Part shown: positions 29,555-38,667 of the stretch, in pieces
How positions within the stretch are numbered: the first letter of the stretch is position 1
Layout of the letters: each line of letters starts with the position of its first letter
Source of the DNA: Kiritimatiellia bacterium
GTDB taxonomy: Bacteria > Verrucomicrobiota > Kiritimatiellia > PWTM01
DNA: 64,000 bases
Direction: 5' to 3'
Assembly: GCA_026417735.1 (NCBI GenBank)
Contig: JAOACR010000009.1
Span: 423,255-487,254, forward strand
The notes under the pieces: generated by a model
Database searches by the model: none
Told to the model about the DNA's origin: nothing
What the model saw: only the letters and a program-made list of their open reading frames with translations
Program-made: the position numbers and the translations under genes

Positions 29555-30853
29555 TCACGGTGAAAGGTCAAAGACCTTCCCGTCAAGGATGATCATCTCA
29601 GGTTTCGCGTGCAGCCGCCATCCCGCAAACGGCGTGTTGCGGCTCCGCGATCGGAACCGCGCTGGCACCACCGTCCACTCCGTATTCAACGAAATCACCA
29701 CCGCGTGCGCCGGCGCGCCGGGCGCCAGCGACGGCGGCGCTCGGCGAAGCACCGCCGCCGGGCCGCACGTCCATCGCCGCACCCACTCCAGCGGGCTCAT
29801 CCCCAGGCCGAGCACCAGCACTTCCCAGGTCACGCCGATCGCGGTCTCAAGCCCGATCACGCCGAACGGCGCGGTCAGAAACCCTTTCGCCTTCGCAGCC
29901 GCCGGATGGGGCGCGTGATCGGTCGCCAGGCAGGTGACGACGCCCTCCAGCACCGCCGAACGCAGCGCCGCGCGGTCGCGCTCGGAGCGCAGCGGAGGGT
30001 TCATTTTGTAGTTCGCGTCGTCGCCGGGAATATCGTCCTCGCACAGCGCCAAATGGTGGGGCGTTACTTCCGCAGTGACGGGCAAACCTTCCGCCCGGGC
30101 TCGCCGCAACGCCTCCACACCGCCGGCGGTGGAAAGATGCTGCACGTGCAGCCGACAGCCCGTTGCCCGAACCAGCCGGATGTCGCGCTCGACAACGCTG
30201 ATCTCCGCTTCCGCCGGGATCGCTGGCACGCCGAGCCGCCGCGCGGCACCCTCCCCCGCAACCCCGAGCCTCTCCCGGGCGTGGTCCTGCGCGTGGTCGA
30301 GCACAACCGATCCGATCGCGGCGACGCGGCGCATTGCGGCCTCCATCACATCGTCTCGACTGACTGTCGAGCCATCATCGGTGAACGCGACCGCGCCGGC
30401 CTCCACGAGCGCCTCGATCTCGGCGACCTCGCCACCGGCTCGGCTGCGCGTCAGACACGCAGCCGGCCACAACTGCGGGCCACCCACCCGTTCCGCGGTC
30501 TCGATCAGCCGCCGGACCAGCGCGGGGGAGTCCACCGGCGGCGAGGTGTTCGGCATCGAGACCACCGCACCGAAGCCTCCCGCCGCGGCCGCCCACAGGC
30601 CCGACCGGATCGTTTCAGCCTCCTCCATGCCCGGCTCGCGCAAATGCACATGCAGATCAATAAAGGCGGGCGCTATGATCCTCCCGCTCACGTCCAGCAC
30701 GTTCGCAGACCGGGCCGCCCTGTCCCCCGCAGGCACGAAGTGCCGGTCCGCAATCGCTAGCTCATCGATGCGGTCCGTGCCGCTGGCGGGATCCAGCAGC
30801 CGGCCGCCCACAAGACGCCATGCGGCGCCGGTCGGTTTGCGCGGCAGGTTCAC
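29555..30853 (-). CDS. pyrC: Dihydroorotase-like cyclic amidohydrolase (class I PyrC type).
   Basis: The metal-binding motif IDLHVHLREPG, a conserved Asp/His pattern (VTPHHL, ATDHAPH), and a length of about 432 aa. It has a GTG start. Confidence 0.7.
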   Translation of the reverse strand: MNLPRKPTGAAWRLVGGRLLDPASGTDRIDELAIADRHFVPAGDRAARSANVLDVSGRIIAPAFIDLHVHLREPGMEEAETIRSGLWAAAAGGFGAVVSMPNTSPPVDSPALVRRLIETAERVGGPQLWPAACLTRSRAGGEVAEIEALVEAGAVAFTDDGSTVSRDDVMEAAMRRVAAIGSVVLDHAQDHARERLGVAGEGAARRLGVPAIPAEAEISVVERDIRLVRATGCRLHVQHLSTAGGVEALRRARAEGLPVTAEVTPHHLALCEDDIPGDDANYKMNPPLRSERDRAALRSAVLEGVVTCLATDHAPHPAAAKAKGFLTAPFGVIGLETAIGVTWEVLVLGLGMSPLEWVRRWTCGPAAVLRRAPPSLAPGAPAHAVVISLNTEWTVVPARFRSRSRNTPFAGWRLHAKPEMIILDGKVFDLSP

Positions 30854-31128
30854 GCCTCACCGATCGAGAAGATGCGCTCCAGATCATGGCGGGACCAGGC
30901 GCGAAACGCGATCAGCGTCTGCGTGCGCACGATGCCGGACACCCGGCCGATCGGGTCGGCGACCAGGTCCGCAAGCTCCTCGTTGCGCCGCACCCTCAAC
31001 ATCGCAACCAGATCGAACGCGCCCGCCACCGACTACACTTCCGCAACGCCCGGCAGCGCGGCAAGCGTCTCCGCGCACGATCGGATCTGCGAACGCTCTG
31101 CATTGATCAGGACGATGGCGGTGACCAT
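30850..31128 (-). pseudogene. Stand-alone Lrp/AsnC ligand-binding (RAM) domain protein, interrupted by an in-frame TAG at the conserved Tyr position.
   Basis: An ATG with a GGAGACAAC RBS reads MVTAIVLINAERSQIRSCAETLAALPGVAEV, then TAG (31033-31035), then SVAGAFDLVAMLRVRRNEELADLVADPIGRVSGIVRTQTLIAFRAW...GEA. Together this is the AsnC_trans_reg consensus (PgV.EvY.v.GeyDl....). The TGA stop overlaps the GTG start of the pyrC-like gene (GTGA). Confidence 0.5.
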
Positions 31129-31156
31129 GTTGTCTCCTCTCGAGCCGGTCCGAACA

Positions 31157-31185
31157 TTGACGTGCCAGCCCCTGAAGTCTAGCAT
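31157..31185 (+). promoter_or_regulatory. Candidate sigma70-type promoter for the downstream beta-helix gene.
   Basis: TTGACG, then a 17-nt spacer, then TAGCAT, about 20 nt upstream of the ATG at 31206. It lies in the divergent region between the Lrp-like gene and the beta-helix gene. Confidence 0.35.
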
Positions 31186-31205
31186 GCGCGCGGGAGCGAG
31201 CGAAC

Positions 31206-33839
31206 ATGCCCAGTGCTCGTCTTTCTTGCCTGATATTCTTGATGTTGGCCGCGCTCTCGTCGGCGGCGGACCCCACCCTCTATGTGGCCCCCGACGGGCG
31301 CGATGACCGCTCCGGCCGTTCACCCGCCGAGGCGGTTGCGACGCCGGCGCGCGCCCTCGAACTGGCGCGCGCGCTGCGCGCCGCGGAGCCCGATCGCGCC
31401 ACGCCGCTCGTGATCGCCATCGCGGAGGGCCTCTACGAGCTGCCCGCGCCGTTGGAGCTGAGCCCGGCCGACTCAGGTACCGCCGCCGCGCCGCTGGTGA
31501 TTGAGGCTGCGCCCGGTGGCCGGCCAGTGCTGAGCGGCGGCCGGCGACTGGTCAGCTGGAACGTGCTCTCCAACGGTTGGTGGCAGCTCGACGTTCGGCC
31601 GCTGCGGCCATTCGCACAGCTGTACGTCAACGGACAACGCCGGTTCCGCCCCGCGCTGCCGCGCGGCGGGTATTTTCACCTCGCCGCGCAAGCGCCTGAA
31701 GGGCAGCTCTCCACAGCCATTCCTTTTCGTCAAGATCAGGTGCGGCCGGAATGGATCGGTCCCGGCGTCGAGGTGTTGCTGTTCCATGTGCCGTTCAATT
31801 GGAGCGCCTCCCGGCTACCAGTGGTCGGCGTGGAGGCGGAGGGACACTGGCTCACCACGACCGGCCGGATGTGGACCTCCGCAGCGCCGGGCAGTCGGTA
31901 TCGGCTCGACAACGTGCAGGCCGCGCTCGGCGAGCCCGGCGACTGGTTCTACGACCCTCAGACCAGCGCGCTCACGTACGTGCCGCTGGTTGGCGAATCG
32001 CCGGCAACCACCGTCGCGGTCGTGCCGCAGCTCCCAGTCCTGCTGAAACTCCGGGGCGACCCCGCTGGCCGGCCGGTGGAACACGTGGTGATCCGGGGGC
32101 TCACCTTTGCACACTCATCGTGGACGCTGCCCGCGGACGGTTACTCCTTCTGCCAGGCCGAGGCGATCTGTGACGCGGCACTGCAGCTCAGCGATGCGCG
32201 GGAAGTCGTGATCGAACGCTGCGATTTTCGTCACCTTGGGGGCTACGCGATCGAGGCGGGCGACGGCTGCGCCGATGTGGTTATTCGCGACTGCGACATG
32301 ACCGACCTGGGCGCTGGTGGCGTCAAACTTGGCACGATCCGACCGGAGCGGCCGGCCAACCGTTGCGTGGTCCGCAACTGCCGAATCGAGGGGGGCGGCC
32401 GCGTGCATCCGGCCGCGGTCGGTGTCTTCATCGGCCACTCGGCCAGCAACATTGTTGAGCACAACGAAATTTCGGACTTCTACTACACCGGCATTTCGCT
32501 CGGGTGGACCTGGAGCACCAACGCAAATCCGGCACATCACAACCGCATCGCGATGAACCACATCTTCCAGATCGGGCAGGGTGTGCTGAGCGACATGGGC
32601 GGCATCTACACGCTCGGCCGCCAGCCGGGAACGGTGCTGGTCGGCAACCGGATCCATGACGTGTCGCGAGACCGGTACGGCGGTTGGGGCATCTACCTGG
32701 ACGAAGGCAGCTCGCAGATGCTGGTCGAGAGTAACCTCGCCTATCGCACGCAGGACGCGCCGTTCCACACGCACGCGGCGCGGGAGAACCGGCTGATCGC
32801 GAACGTCTTCGCGCTCGGCACCAACGCGGCGATGCAGTTTTCCAACAAGCCGCGGCTGGGCCCCTTTGAACTGCGTCGGAACGTCTGGCTTGCGCTGGTC
32901 CCGCGGCTGGTCGAGCGGGACCATGAGCCGAAGGATGATGTTCTTTTCGAACGCAATCTCTACTGGTGCGCGGCCGGCGCGGTGGAGTTTCCCGGGGGTC
33001 TGGATCTGGCGCGCTGGCGCGCCCGTGAGCCGGACGCGGAGGTCAACGATCCCGGCTTCTGCAACCCGGTGGCCGACGACTACTCGTTTGCGCCCAACTC
33101 ACCGGCCGCCGCGCGGATCGGGCCTGAACCGCCCTGGCGCCGGGCGGGACTGCTCCAGCCACGCCCGCGGCCCGCACTGCCGCCGGTGCCGCGCGCATTT
33201 CCGCCCGCCCACGTCTCGCCGCCGCCGCCACTGTCGCTCCGGGAAGGTTTTGAGCGCTTGACGGTGGGCCAGCCGTGGTTCGGCATGATTGCCAGCTCCG
33301 CCTCCCCCCGAGAGTCCGCACTCATCACCGAGGAAACCGCCGCCGCCGGCCGCCGCAGCCTCGAGTTCCGCGACGGCCCCTCCACAGCGCCGGGCCGCGA
33401 GTATGATCCGCACCTTCACCTGATGGTGCAGGGCTACTCGAACGGCGTCGTGCAGGCCGGCATGGACCTGCGATGGGACAACGGCGCGATGCCGATGTTC
33501 GAGCTGCGCGACGCGTTGCCGCGCTATCGCGAAGGCCCCTATGTGCTGATCCACCGCGACGGCACCGTCGAATCGGGCGGCTCGAATCTGTTCACCGTCG
33601 CCGCCGGCGAATGGGTGCGGTACGACGTGTTCGTGCCGGTCGGGTCGCGACGCACCGGCACCTATCGCCTCGAAGTCCGCCGCAGCGGCGCCGGCGCGCC
33701 GCAGGTGTATGATGCGCTCCCGATCGCCGACTCATTCCAGGCAGTCCACTGGTTCGGCATCATCGCGCACGGCACGAATGAATGCCGGTTCTTTGTCGAC
33801 AACGTCACGCTCTGCATTGAGCCACCCGGCGAGCGCTAA
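31206..33839 (+). CDS. Secreted right-handed parallel beta-helix repeat protein with an extra C-terminal domain.
   Basis: A signal peptide (MPSARLSCLIFLMLAALSSAADP), then LYVAPDGRDDRSG, and repeats shared with 27357..29504 (FYYTGISLGW, GGIYTLG, YGGWGIYLDEGS). A C-terminal region of about 200 aa has unknown function. Confidence 0.6.
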   Translation: MPSARLSCLIFLMLAALSSAADPTLYVAPDGRDDRSGRSPAEAVATPARALELARALRAAEPDRATPLVIAIAEGLYELPAPLELSPADSGTAAAPLVIEAAPGGRPVLSGGRRLVSWNVLSNGWWQLDVRPLRPFAQLYVNGQRRFRPALPRGGYFHLAAQAPEGQLSTAIPFRQDQVRPEWIGPGVEVLLFHVPFNWSASRLPVVGVEAEGHWLTTTGRMWTSAAPGSRYRLDNVQAALGEPGDWFYDPQTSALTYVPLVGESPATTVAVVPQLPVLLKLRGDPAGRPVEHVVIRGLTFAHSSWTLPADGYSFCQAEAICDAALQLSDAREVVIERCDFRHLGGYAIEAGDGCADVVIRDCDMTDLGAGGVKLGTIRPERPANRCVVRNCRIEGGGRVHPAAVGVFIGHSASNIVEHNEISDFYYTGISLGWTWSTNANPAHHNRIAMNHIFQIGQGVLSDMGGIYTLGRQPGTVLVGNRIHDVSRDRYGGWGIYLDEGSSQMLVESNLAYRTQDAPFHTHAARENRLIANVFALGTNAAMQFSNKPRLGPFELRRNVWLALVPRLVERDHEPKDDVLFERNLYWCAAGAVEFPGGLDLARWRAREPDAEVNDPGFCNPVADDYSFAPNSPAAARIGPEPPWRRAGLLQPRPRPALPPVPRAFPPAHVSPPPPLSLREGFERLTVGQPWFGMIASSASPRESALITEETAAAGRRSLEFRDGPSTAPGREYDPHLHLMVQGYSNGVVQAGMDLRWDNGAMPMFELRDALPRYREGPYVLIHRDGTVESGGSNLFTVAAGEWVRYDVFVPVGSRRTGTYRLEVRRSGAGAPQVYDALPIADSFQAVHWFGIIAHGTNECRFFVDNVTLCIEPPGER

Positions 33840-33869
33840 CCGTCTCCAGCGCCGCAGGACCCCATCGCG

Positions 33870-34391
33870 ATGCGGAACGCGAGCAGCTCCGTAGCCACGT
33901 CGGTCACATTGTCGAGGCGCATTAGTTTCGCGGGCGGTTCTCCGCGGACCAGATGGCCTGGGCAAATCAATGACAGGAAGCAGGCCGCCTTCGATGACGT
34001 GCTGATGCTCGCCGGCCTTGTCCAACACTCTTTGCCGGTGCCCGGTGTCCGAGACCAGCCCGGAGAGATGGGCGCCGACGTATCGCTCTCGCTGGAAGCG
34101 TTCGATCTGGCCGTTCATGGCCGCGACGAGGTGGAGACGTTTGTGGTTTGCGGCTCCGATGACCTGCGGCTGTTGCGCAAACTCACGGCGATCGGGATGC
34201 GATGGGTACTCGTCGGCGAACACTATCAGCACGAGTTGATCGACGCGCAGGAGGAGCGGCGCCGCAAGGAGACACGCACCTCGCAGGTGCTGATCCAGGC
34301 GGCTGCCGATCCGCTGGCGACGAGCGAGCGGATTGAGCGCGGTTGGAAAAAGTTCCACCCGCTCGTCGAGGGCCTGTTCGTCCCCCACTGA
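33870..34391 (+). mobile_element. Possible degenerate IS5-family transposase C-terminal fragment (coding strand uncertain).
   Basis: The weak segment VVCGSDDLRLLRKL...SERIERGWKKF resembles the IS5 ADKGYDSD...NxIERxFxxLKxF region. The 5' end has locally lower GC. The opposite strand also stays open through this region. Confidence 0.2.
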
Positions 34392-34446
34392 GCTCCCGCA
34401 GTGGTTGGGGCGGCCGGCGCGAGGGGCTATACTGCGCCGTCCTTCG

Positions 34447-35961
34447 ATGGGCCGCTCTGCTCCAGCTTGGTCGACTTCTGCCGGTTGGTCGCATTCGCTC
34501 GCGGTGCTCTGGGGATCGTTCGGTTTTGTCGCGCTGCGGTTTCTGCTGACGCCGGTCCGAATCAAGCTGTTGACCAATCTGCTGGCGAGGCAGGTGTACG
34601 GCAGCCTCATGCTGATCAGCACCACCGTCGCGTTCGGGGCGCTGGCGCTCTCGTTCGGCGCCTTTGAGTTTGTGCTGCGCCGGCTGCCGGGGCGGCCGCG
34701 CGCGGAACAGGGGGAGCTGCTGGTGTCGGTGCTGTCGGGTCTGGCCGCGATAGGTGCGGTCGTCGTGCCGGTTGGCACATGGGCACTGATGCGCTGGCCA
34801 CCGCGAAAGCTCTCGCCCGAGATCGCCGCCAGCGCGCTGGCCCCGCCGTTGCTGGTGGCCGCGTTGCTGCTGCTGCTCGGTTGTGTGTTCGCGCTGTTGG
34901 CCACCCGCCGCTACGGCGCGGCGCGCTGGCTGCAGATTTTGGCTTCGGATCTGTGGTTCCTGCCCGTCGCGCTGCTGGCGGCGGCGGGTCGCGCGGGCCC
35001 GCGCGAGGTGATGTGGGCGTGGGTGCTGTGGGTATGGGCGGCCACCGGCGCCGCGTTGGTGCTCTGCGCACCGCTGGTCCTGCGTACAGGCGCGAGGGTG
35101 TCGGCCGAGCGTCTTCGCGAGTGGTTGGCGTTCGGTCTGCCGCTGATGCCGATGGTGCTGGGTGATTGGCTTTTTCGACTCGTGGACCAGTACGTGCTGC
35201 TCGCGGTCCGCGACGCGCACACGCTGGCCGCGTACGCGCTGGCGGTGAACATCGCGATGGTGGGCTACTTCGCGGGCACCGCAGCGCTGGATCTGCTGAT
35301 CGCGGAGTTTCACCGGCGCCGGAACATAGCGCCCGATCCCGCCGCTCCGCCGTCCGCAGAGCTGCGCGAGGTCGTCGCCGCCATGGTGCGCACCGCGCTG
35401 GTGATCGGCATCGCGACCGCCGCGGTGTTGCTGGGCGCGGGCGACGCTCTGGTTCGAGTGCTCAGCTCCGCCGCTTACGACGATGCGGCGGCGTTGCTGC
35501 AATGGACCGCACTGATGCCGCTTGCGTTCATGCTGGTGTTGATTGCGGCCCGGCTCCAGGCCGCACTGGGCCGGTCACGGTGGGTGGGCGTGTGGACGCT
35601 CGCCGCGGCCGCGCTCGCATTCGGGCTGAACCTCGCGTTGACGCCGCGGTGGGGCGGTGCAGGCGCCGCCGCAGCAACCACGCTGGCGCTCGTGGTGCTC
35701 GCGGCCGTGCTCGGCGGTCCGCTCTGCGCTCATGGCTGGCTTGATCCCGTCGCGCTGCGGCCGGGCCGGGTCGGCGCCGCGGCACTCGTGTCGGCGGTTG
35801 CGCTCGCCACCTGGCAGCTGGCCCGCATCGCCACCGGACCGGCGGTCCAGCTCCTGGTCGCCGCCACCATCGCCGCGGGCGCACCCCTGGCCACCGGCGC
35901 GCTGCGCCGCGCCGATCTTGCCCTCCTGGCCGGCGCCCCCGAGAATCGCGGCCATGAATGA
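34447..35961 (+). CDS. Polysaccharide flippase/exporter of the MOP superfamily (Wzx-like).
   Basis: About 500 aa with 12-14 TM helices and polysacc_synt-like topology. The start is uncertain (the first in-frame Met follows an implausible Ser/Arg-rich leader). Confidence 0.5.
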   Translation: MGRSAPAWSTSAGWSHSLAVLWGSFGFVALRFLLTPVRIKLLTNLLARQVYGSLMLISTTVAFGALALSFGAFEFVLRRLPGRPRAEQGELLVSVLSGLAAIGAVVVPVGTWALMRWPPRKLSPEIAASALAPPLLVAALLLLLGCVFALLATRRYGAARWLQILASDLWFLPVALLAAAGRAGPREVMWAWVLWVWAATGAALVLCAPLVLRTGARVSAERLREWLAFGLPLMPMVLGDWLFRLVDQYVLLAVRDAHTLAAYALAVNIAMVGYFAGTAALDLLIAEFHRRRNIAPDPAAPPSAELREVVAAMVRTALVIGIATAAVLLGAGDALVRVLSSAAYDDAAALLQWTALMPLAFMLVLIAARLQAALGRSRWVGVWTLAAAALAFGLNLALTPRWGGAGAAAATTLALVVLAAVLGGPLCAHGWLDPVALRPGRVGAAALVSAVALATWQLARIATGPAVQLLVAATIAAGAPLATGALRRADLALLAGAPENRGHE

Positions 35962-36934
35962 CGCCGCGGTCCGCGCTGACGTCGTCGCCGTCGTGCTCGG
36001 CTACAATCACCCCGACGACACCATCGAATGCCTCGCGAGCCTGGACGCGTCCCGGCCGCTCCGACCCGCCCTGCTCTATGTGGACAACGGCAGCGAGCTG
36101 GCCGCCTGTCGGCGCGTGATGGAGGCTGCGCAAACGGCGCGGGTGCTGCGGCTGAGCCCGAATGCGGGCGTCGGGCGCGGCTTCAACGCGGGACTGCGGG
36201 ACGCGCTCGCGCGCGGCGCACGATACGTGCTGCTCGTCAACAACGATGTGGTCGCCGCGCCGGATATGGTCGCACGGCTCGTTGCCGCGGCGGAGGCGGC
36301 GGCGCGCGCCGGCATCGTCGTGCCGAAAATTTTCTATCACGCTGCGCCGCGTCGCGTCTGGTCAGCCGGTTCGTGGTATCGACGGTGGCCACCCACGATC
36401 GTATTGCGGCGCACACGCGGGGACGACGACGGCGCGCTGGACGACGTCCGGGATCTCGAGTTCGCCACCTTTTGCGTCGCCCTGTTCCGCCGGGAGCTCT
36501 TCGAGGAGGTGGGCCTGCTCGACACGGACTTTCATGTGTTCCAGGAGGACTACGACCTCTGCCTCCGCGCCCGAGCGGCGGGGTGGTCCGTCCGCTACGA
36601 GCCCGCCGCGCACGTCTGGCACAAGGTCTCGCTCTCCACCCGCACCGGCTCGCGCAACCCCGAATCTTGGCGACTGTACGGCCGCAGCGAGGCGCTCTTC
36701 GCACGGAAGCACCCGGACTGGCCGTGGCTGACCGGGCCGGTGCATCGCGCCTACGTCACGCTGCGCATTCTGGCGGAGCGCAAGCCCTGGGGGCTTCGGC
36801 CCTTTCTGCAGGGCTACCGCGAAGGCCTGCGCGCGCCGCTGAATCCCCCTCCTCGCCCCGGTGACCCCCCAGAGGACGTCCCCGAAGTTCTTCGAACAGG
36901 AAACCGGAACGGCGAACCAGCAGATCCAGCATGA
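35954..36934 (+). CDS. Family 2 glycosyltransferase.
   Basis: GT-A motifs (VVAVVLGYNHPDDT, VDNGS, DxD-like LLVNNDVV), then QEDYDLCLRARAAGW. Its start overlaps the flippase stop by 8 nt (ATGAATGA). Confidence 0.75.
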   Translation: MNDAAVRADVVAVVLGYNHPDDTIECLASLDASRPLRPALLYVDNGSELAACRRVMEAAQTARVLRLSPNAGVGRGFNAGLRDALARGARYVLLVNNDVVAAPDMVARLVAAAEAAARAGIVVPKIFYHAAPRRVWSAGSWYRRWPPTIVLRRTRGDDDGALDDVRDLEFATFCVALFRRELFEEVGLLDTDFHVFQEDYDLCLRARAAGWSVRYEPAAHVWHKVSLSTRTGSRNPESWRLYGRSEALFARKHPDWPWLTGPVHRAYVTLRILAERKPWGLRPFLQGYREGLRAPLNPPPRPGDPPEDVPEVLRTGNRNGEPADPA

Positions 36935-38340
36935 CGACACAACCTCGAGGGAGCTCAAACCGACAGTGGGGGCTGCGAACCGGATTGGCGCTGCTGGGGA
37001 TCGGCACCGCCGCGATCGGGGCGCCACTCGATCTGGGGCTGAAGGTTCTCGACCTCTCCGCTGACGACACGCGTCAGACGGTGGTGGATCGCGAGGCAGG
37101 CCAGTACCTGGGGCACGTTTCGACCGTGCTGCTGGAGGACGGCCGAACGATCTTCGCGGTCTACCCGAAAGGCCATGGAAAAGGGGCGATCGTGCTGAAA
37201 CGCAGCACCGACGGCGGCCGCAGCTGGAGCGAGCGGCTGCCGGTGCCCGCCTCCTGGGCGACCAGTCTCGAAACGCCGACGATCCACCGCGTCGTGGACG
37301 CCGCCGGCCGCCGGCGGCTTATTCTGTGGTCCGGCCGTTATCCAGCACGGCTCGCACGCAGTGACGACGATGGCGTCACTTGGTCCGAACTGGAGCCGGT
37401 CGGCGACTGGGGTGGAACGGTGGTGATGGGTTCGGTCGTTGCGCTGCGGGATGCTGGCCACTACCTGGCGATGTTTCATGACGCCGGCGCGTATTTCACC
37501 GCAGGCGGCCGCGCAACCCAAACGTTTACGTTGTACCAGACCATCTCCACGAACGGGGGGCTGAGCTGGTCGGTGCCGACCTCGATCTGGAGTGGTGCGG
37601 AGGTGCATTTGTGCGAGCCGGGCGCGATCCGCTCGCCCGACGGTGGGCGGCTCGCGGTACTCTTGCGGGAAAACCGCCGCGTGCGTGGCAGCCACATCAT
37701 GTTTTCGGATGATGAAGGTGTGCGCTGGAGTGAGCCAGTCGAGATGCCGCGCTCACGCACGGGCGACCGCCACACGCTCCGATACGCACCGGACGGCCGG
37801 ATCGTGTGCGTGTTCCGCGCGGCGACCCCGGAGGGTATGCGCGGCCGGCCCTTCGGCGTCAACGAGGACGTGGACAAGGCCGGCCAGGGCAGTCCGTTCG
37901 AGGGCGACTGTGTGGCGTGGGTGGGGACGTGGGAGGACCTGGTCCGCGGCGCGCCCGGTCAGTACTACGTGCGGCTGCTCGACAATCGGAGGGGATGGGA
38001 CACCACTTATCCCGGTGTCGAGGTGCTGCCGGACGGCACGGTGGTCGTCACCACCTACGGCACCTGGGACAGCGGCCAGCCGCCCTACATCCGGTCCATG
38101 CGGTTCCGTCTCGACGAACTCGATGCGCTCGCTCGTCGAACTTCCGCCCGAGTCCCGGATAGCGAGCGCCGCGCCGTCGCTGCATTGTCCTCCATGCCCT
38201 CAGACGCCGGCCCGGATTCCGCCGCCTCGGGCATCGCGCGCTGGGCGTGCGCCGCTCCGGACGGCGGGCACGCTCGCGTTCCTGCCGCTGTCTGCGCATC
38301 GGCGAATCGCCAGCCGGCTGTCCGCCGCCACTGCCAATAA
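36931..38340 (+). CDS. BNR/Asp-box repeat beta-propeller protein (exo-alpha-sialidase/GH33-like fold).
   Basis: Four Asp-box motifs S-x-D-x-G-x-x-W (STDGGRSW, SDDDGVTW, STNGGLSW, SDDEGVRW). Its start overlaps the GT2 stop (ATGA). Confidence 0.7.
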   Translation: MTTQPRGSSNRQWGLRTGLALLGIGTAAIGAPLDLGLKVLDLSADDTRQTVVDREAGQYLGHVSTVLLEDGRTIFAVYPKGHGKGAIVLKRSTDGGRSWSERLPVPASWATSLETPTIHRVVDAAGRRRLILWSGRYPARLARSDDDGVTWSELEPVGDWGGTVVMGSVVALRDAGHYLAMFHDAGAYFTAGGRATQTFTLYQTISTNGGLSWSVPTSIWSGAEVHLCEPGAIRSPDGGRLAVLLRENRRVRGSHIMFSDDEGVRWSEPVEMPRSRTGDRHTLRYAPDGRIVCVFRAATPEGMRGRPFGVNEDVDKAGQGSPFEGDCVAWVGTWEDLVRGAPGQYYVRLLDNRRGWDTTYPGVEVLPDGTVVVTTYGTWDSGQPPYIRSMRFRLDELDALARRTSARVPDSERRAVAALSSMPSDAGPDSAASGIARWACAAPDGGHARVPAAVCASANRQPAVRRHCQ

Positions 38341-38667
38341 CGCCCGGAAGGGAGGGGGCGGTGGGCTGCGCGCATGCAACCCTTGGAAGCCCGGGAGCGG
38401 AACGCGTCCAAGAATTGGAAGCCCGCCCGCTCGTTTTTGGGCATGGACGCCGTTGGTCGGCCCCCACCGGCATTGCGCAAGACAAGAGGTGAATGTCGCC
38501 CGCGAGGCTCGACTTCCGTGCCGACCGCTGCACGCTGGTCGCGCGGGTCGCGCTCAGCCGCGGGCTCCTCGCCGCATCAAGAGCGCCGTCAGCGCAAGCC
38601 TCGCGATGGTCAGCGCTGAAGGCTCCGGCATGAGCGTCGGGATGACGTCGTTGCTGTTGCAGTAAAT

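Noticed and set aside
33732-34904. A 390-aa minus-strand ORF.
   Set aside because: Its first two thirds are antisense to the flippase gene and are Ser/Thr/Arg low-complexity.

Only the 33840-34400 portion is ambiguous; it is discussed as a possible IS remnant.
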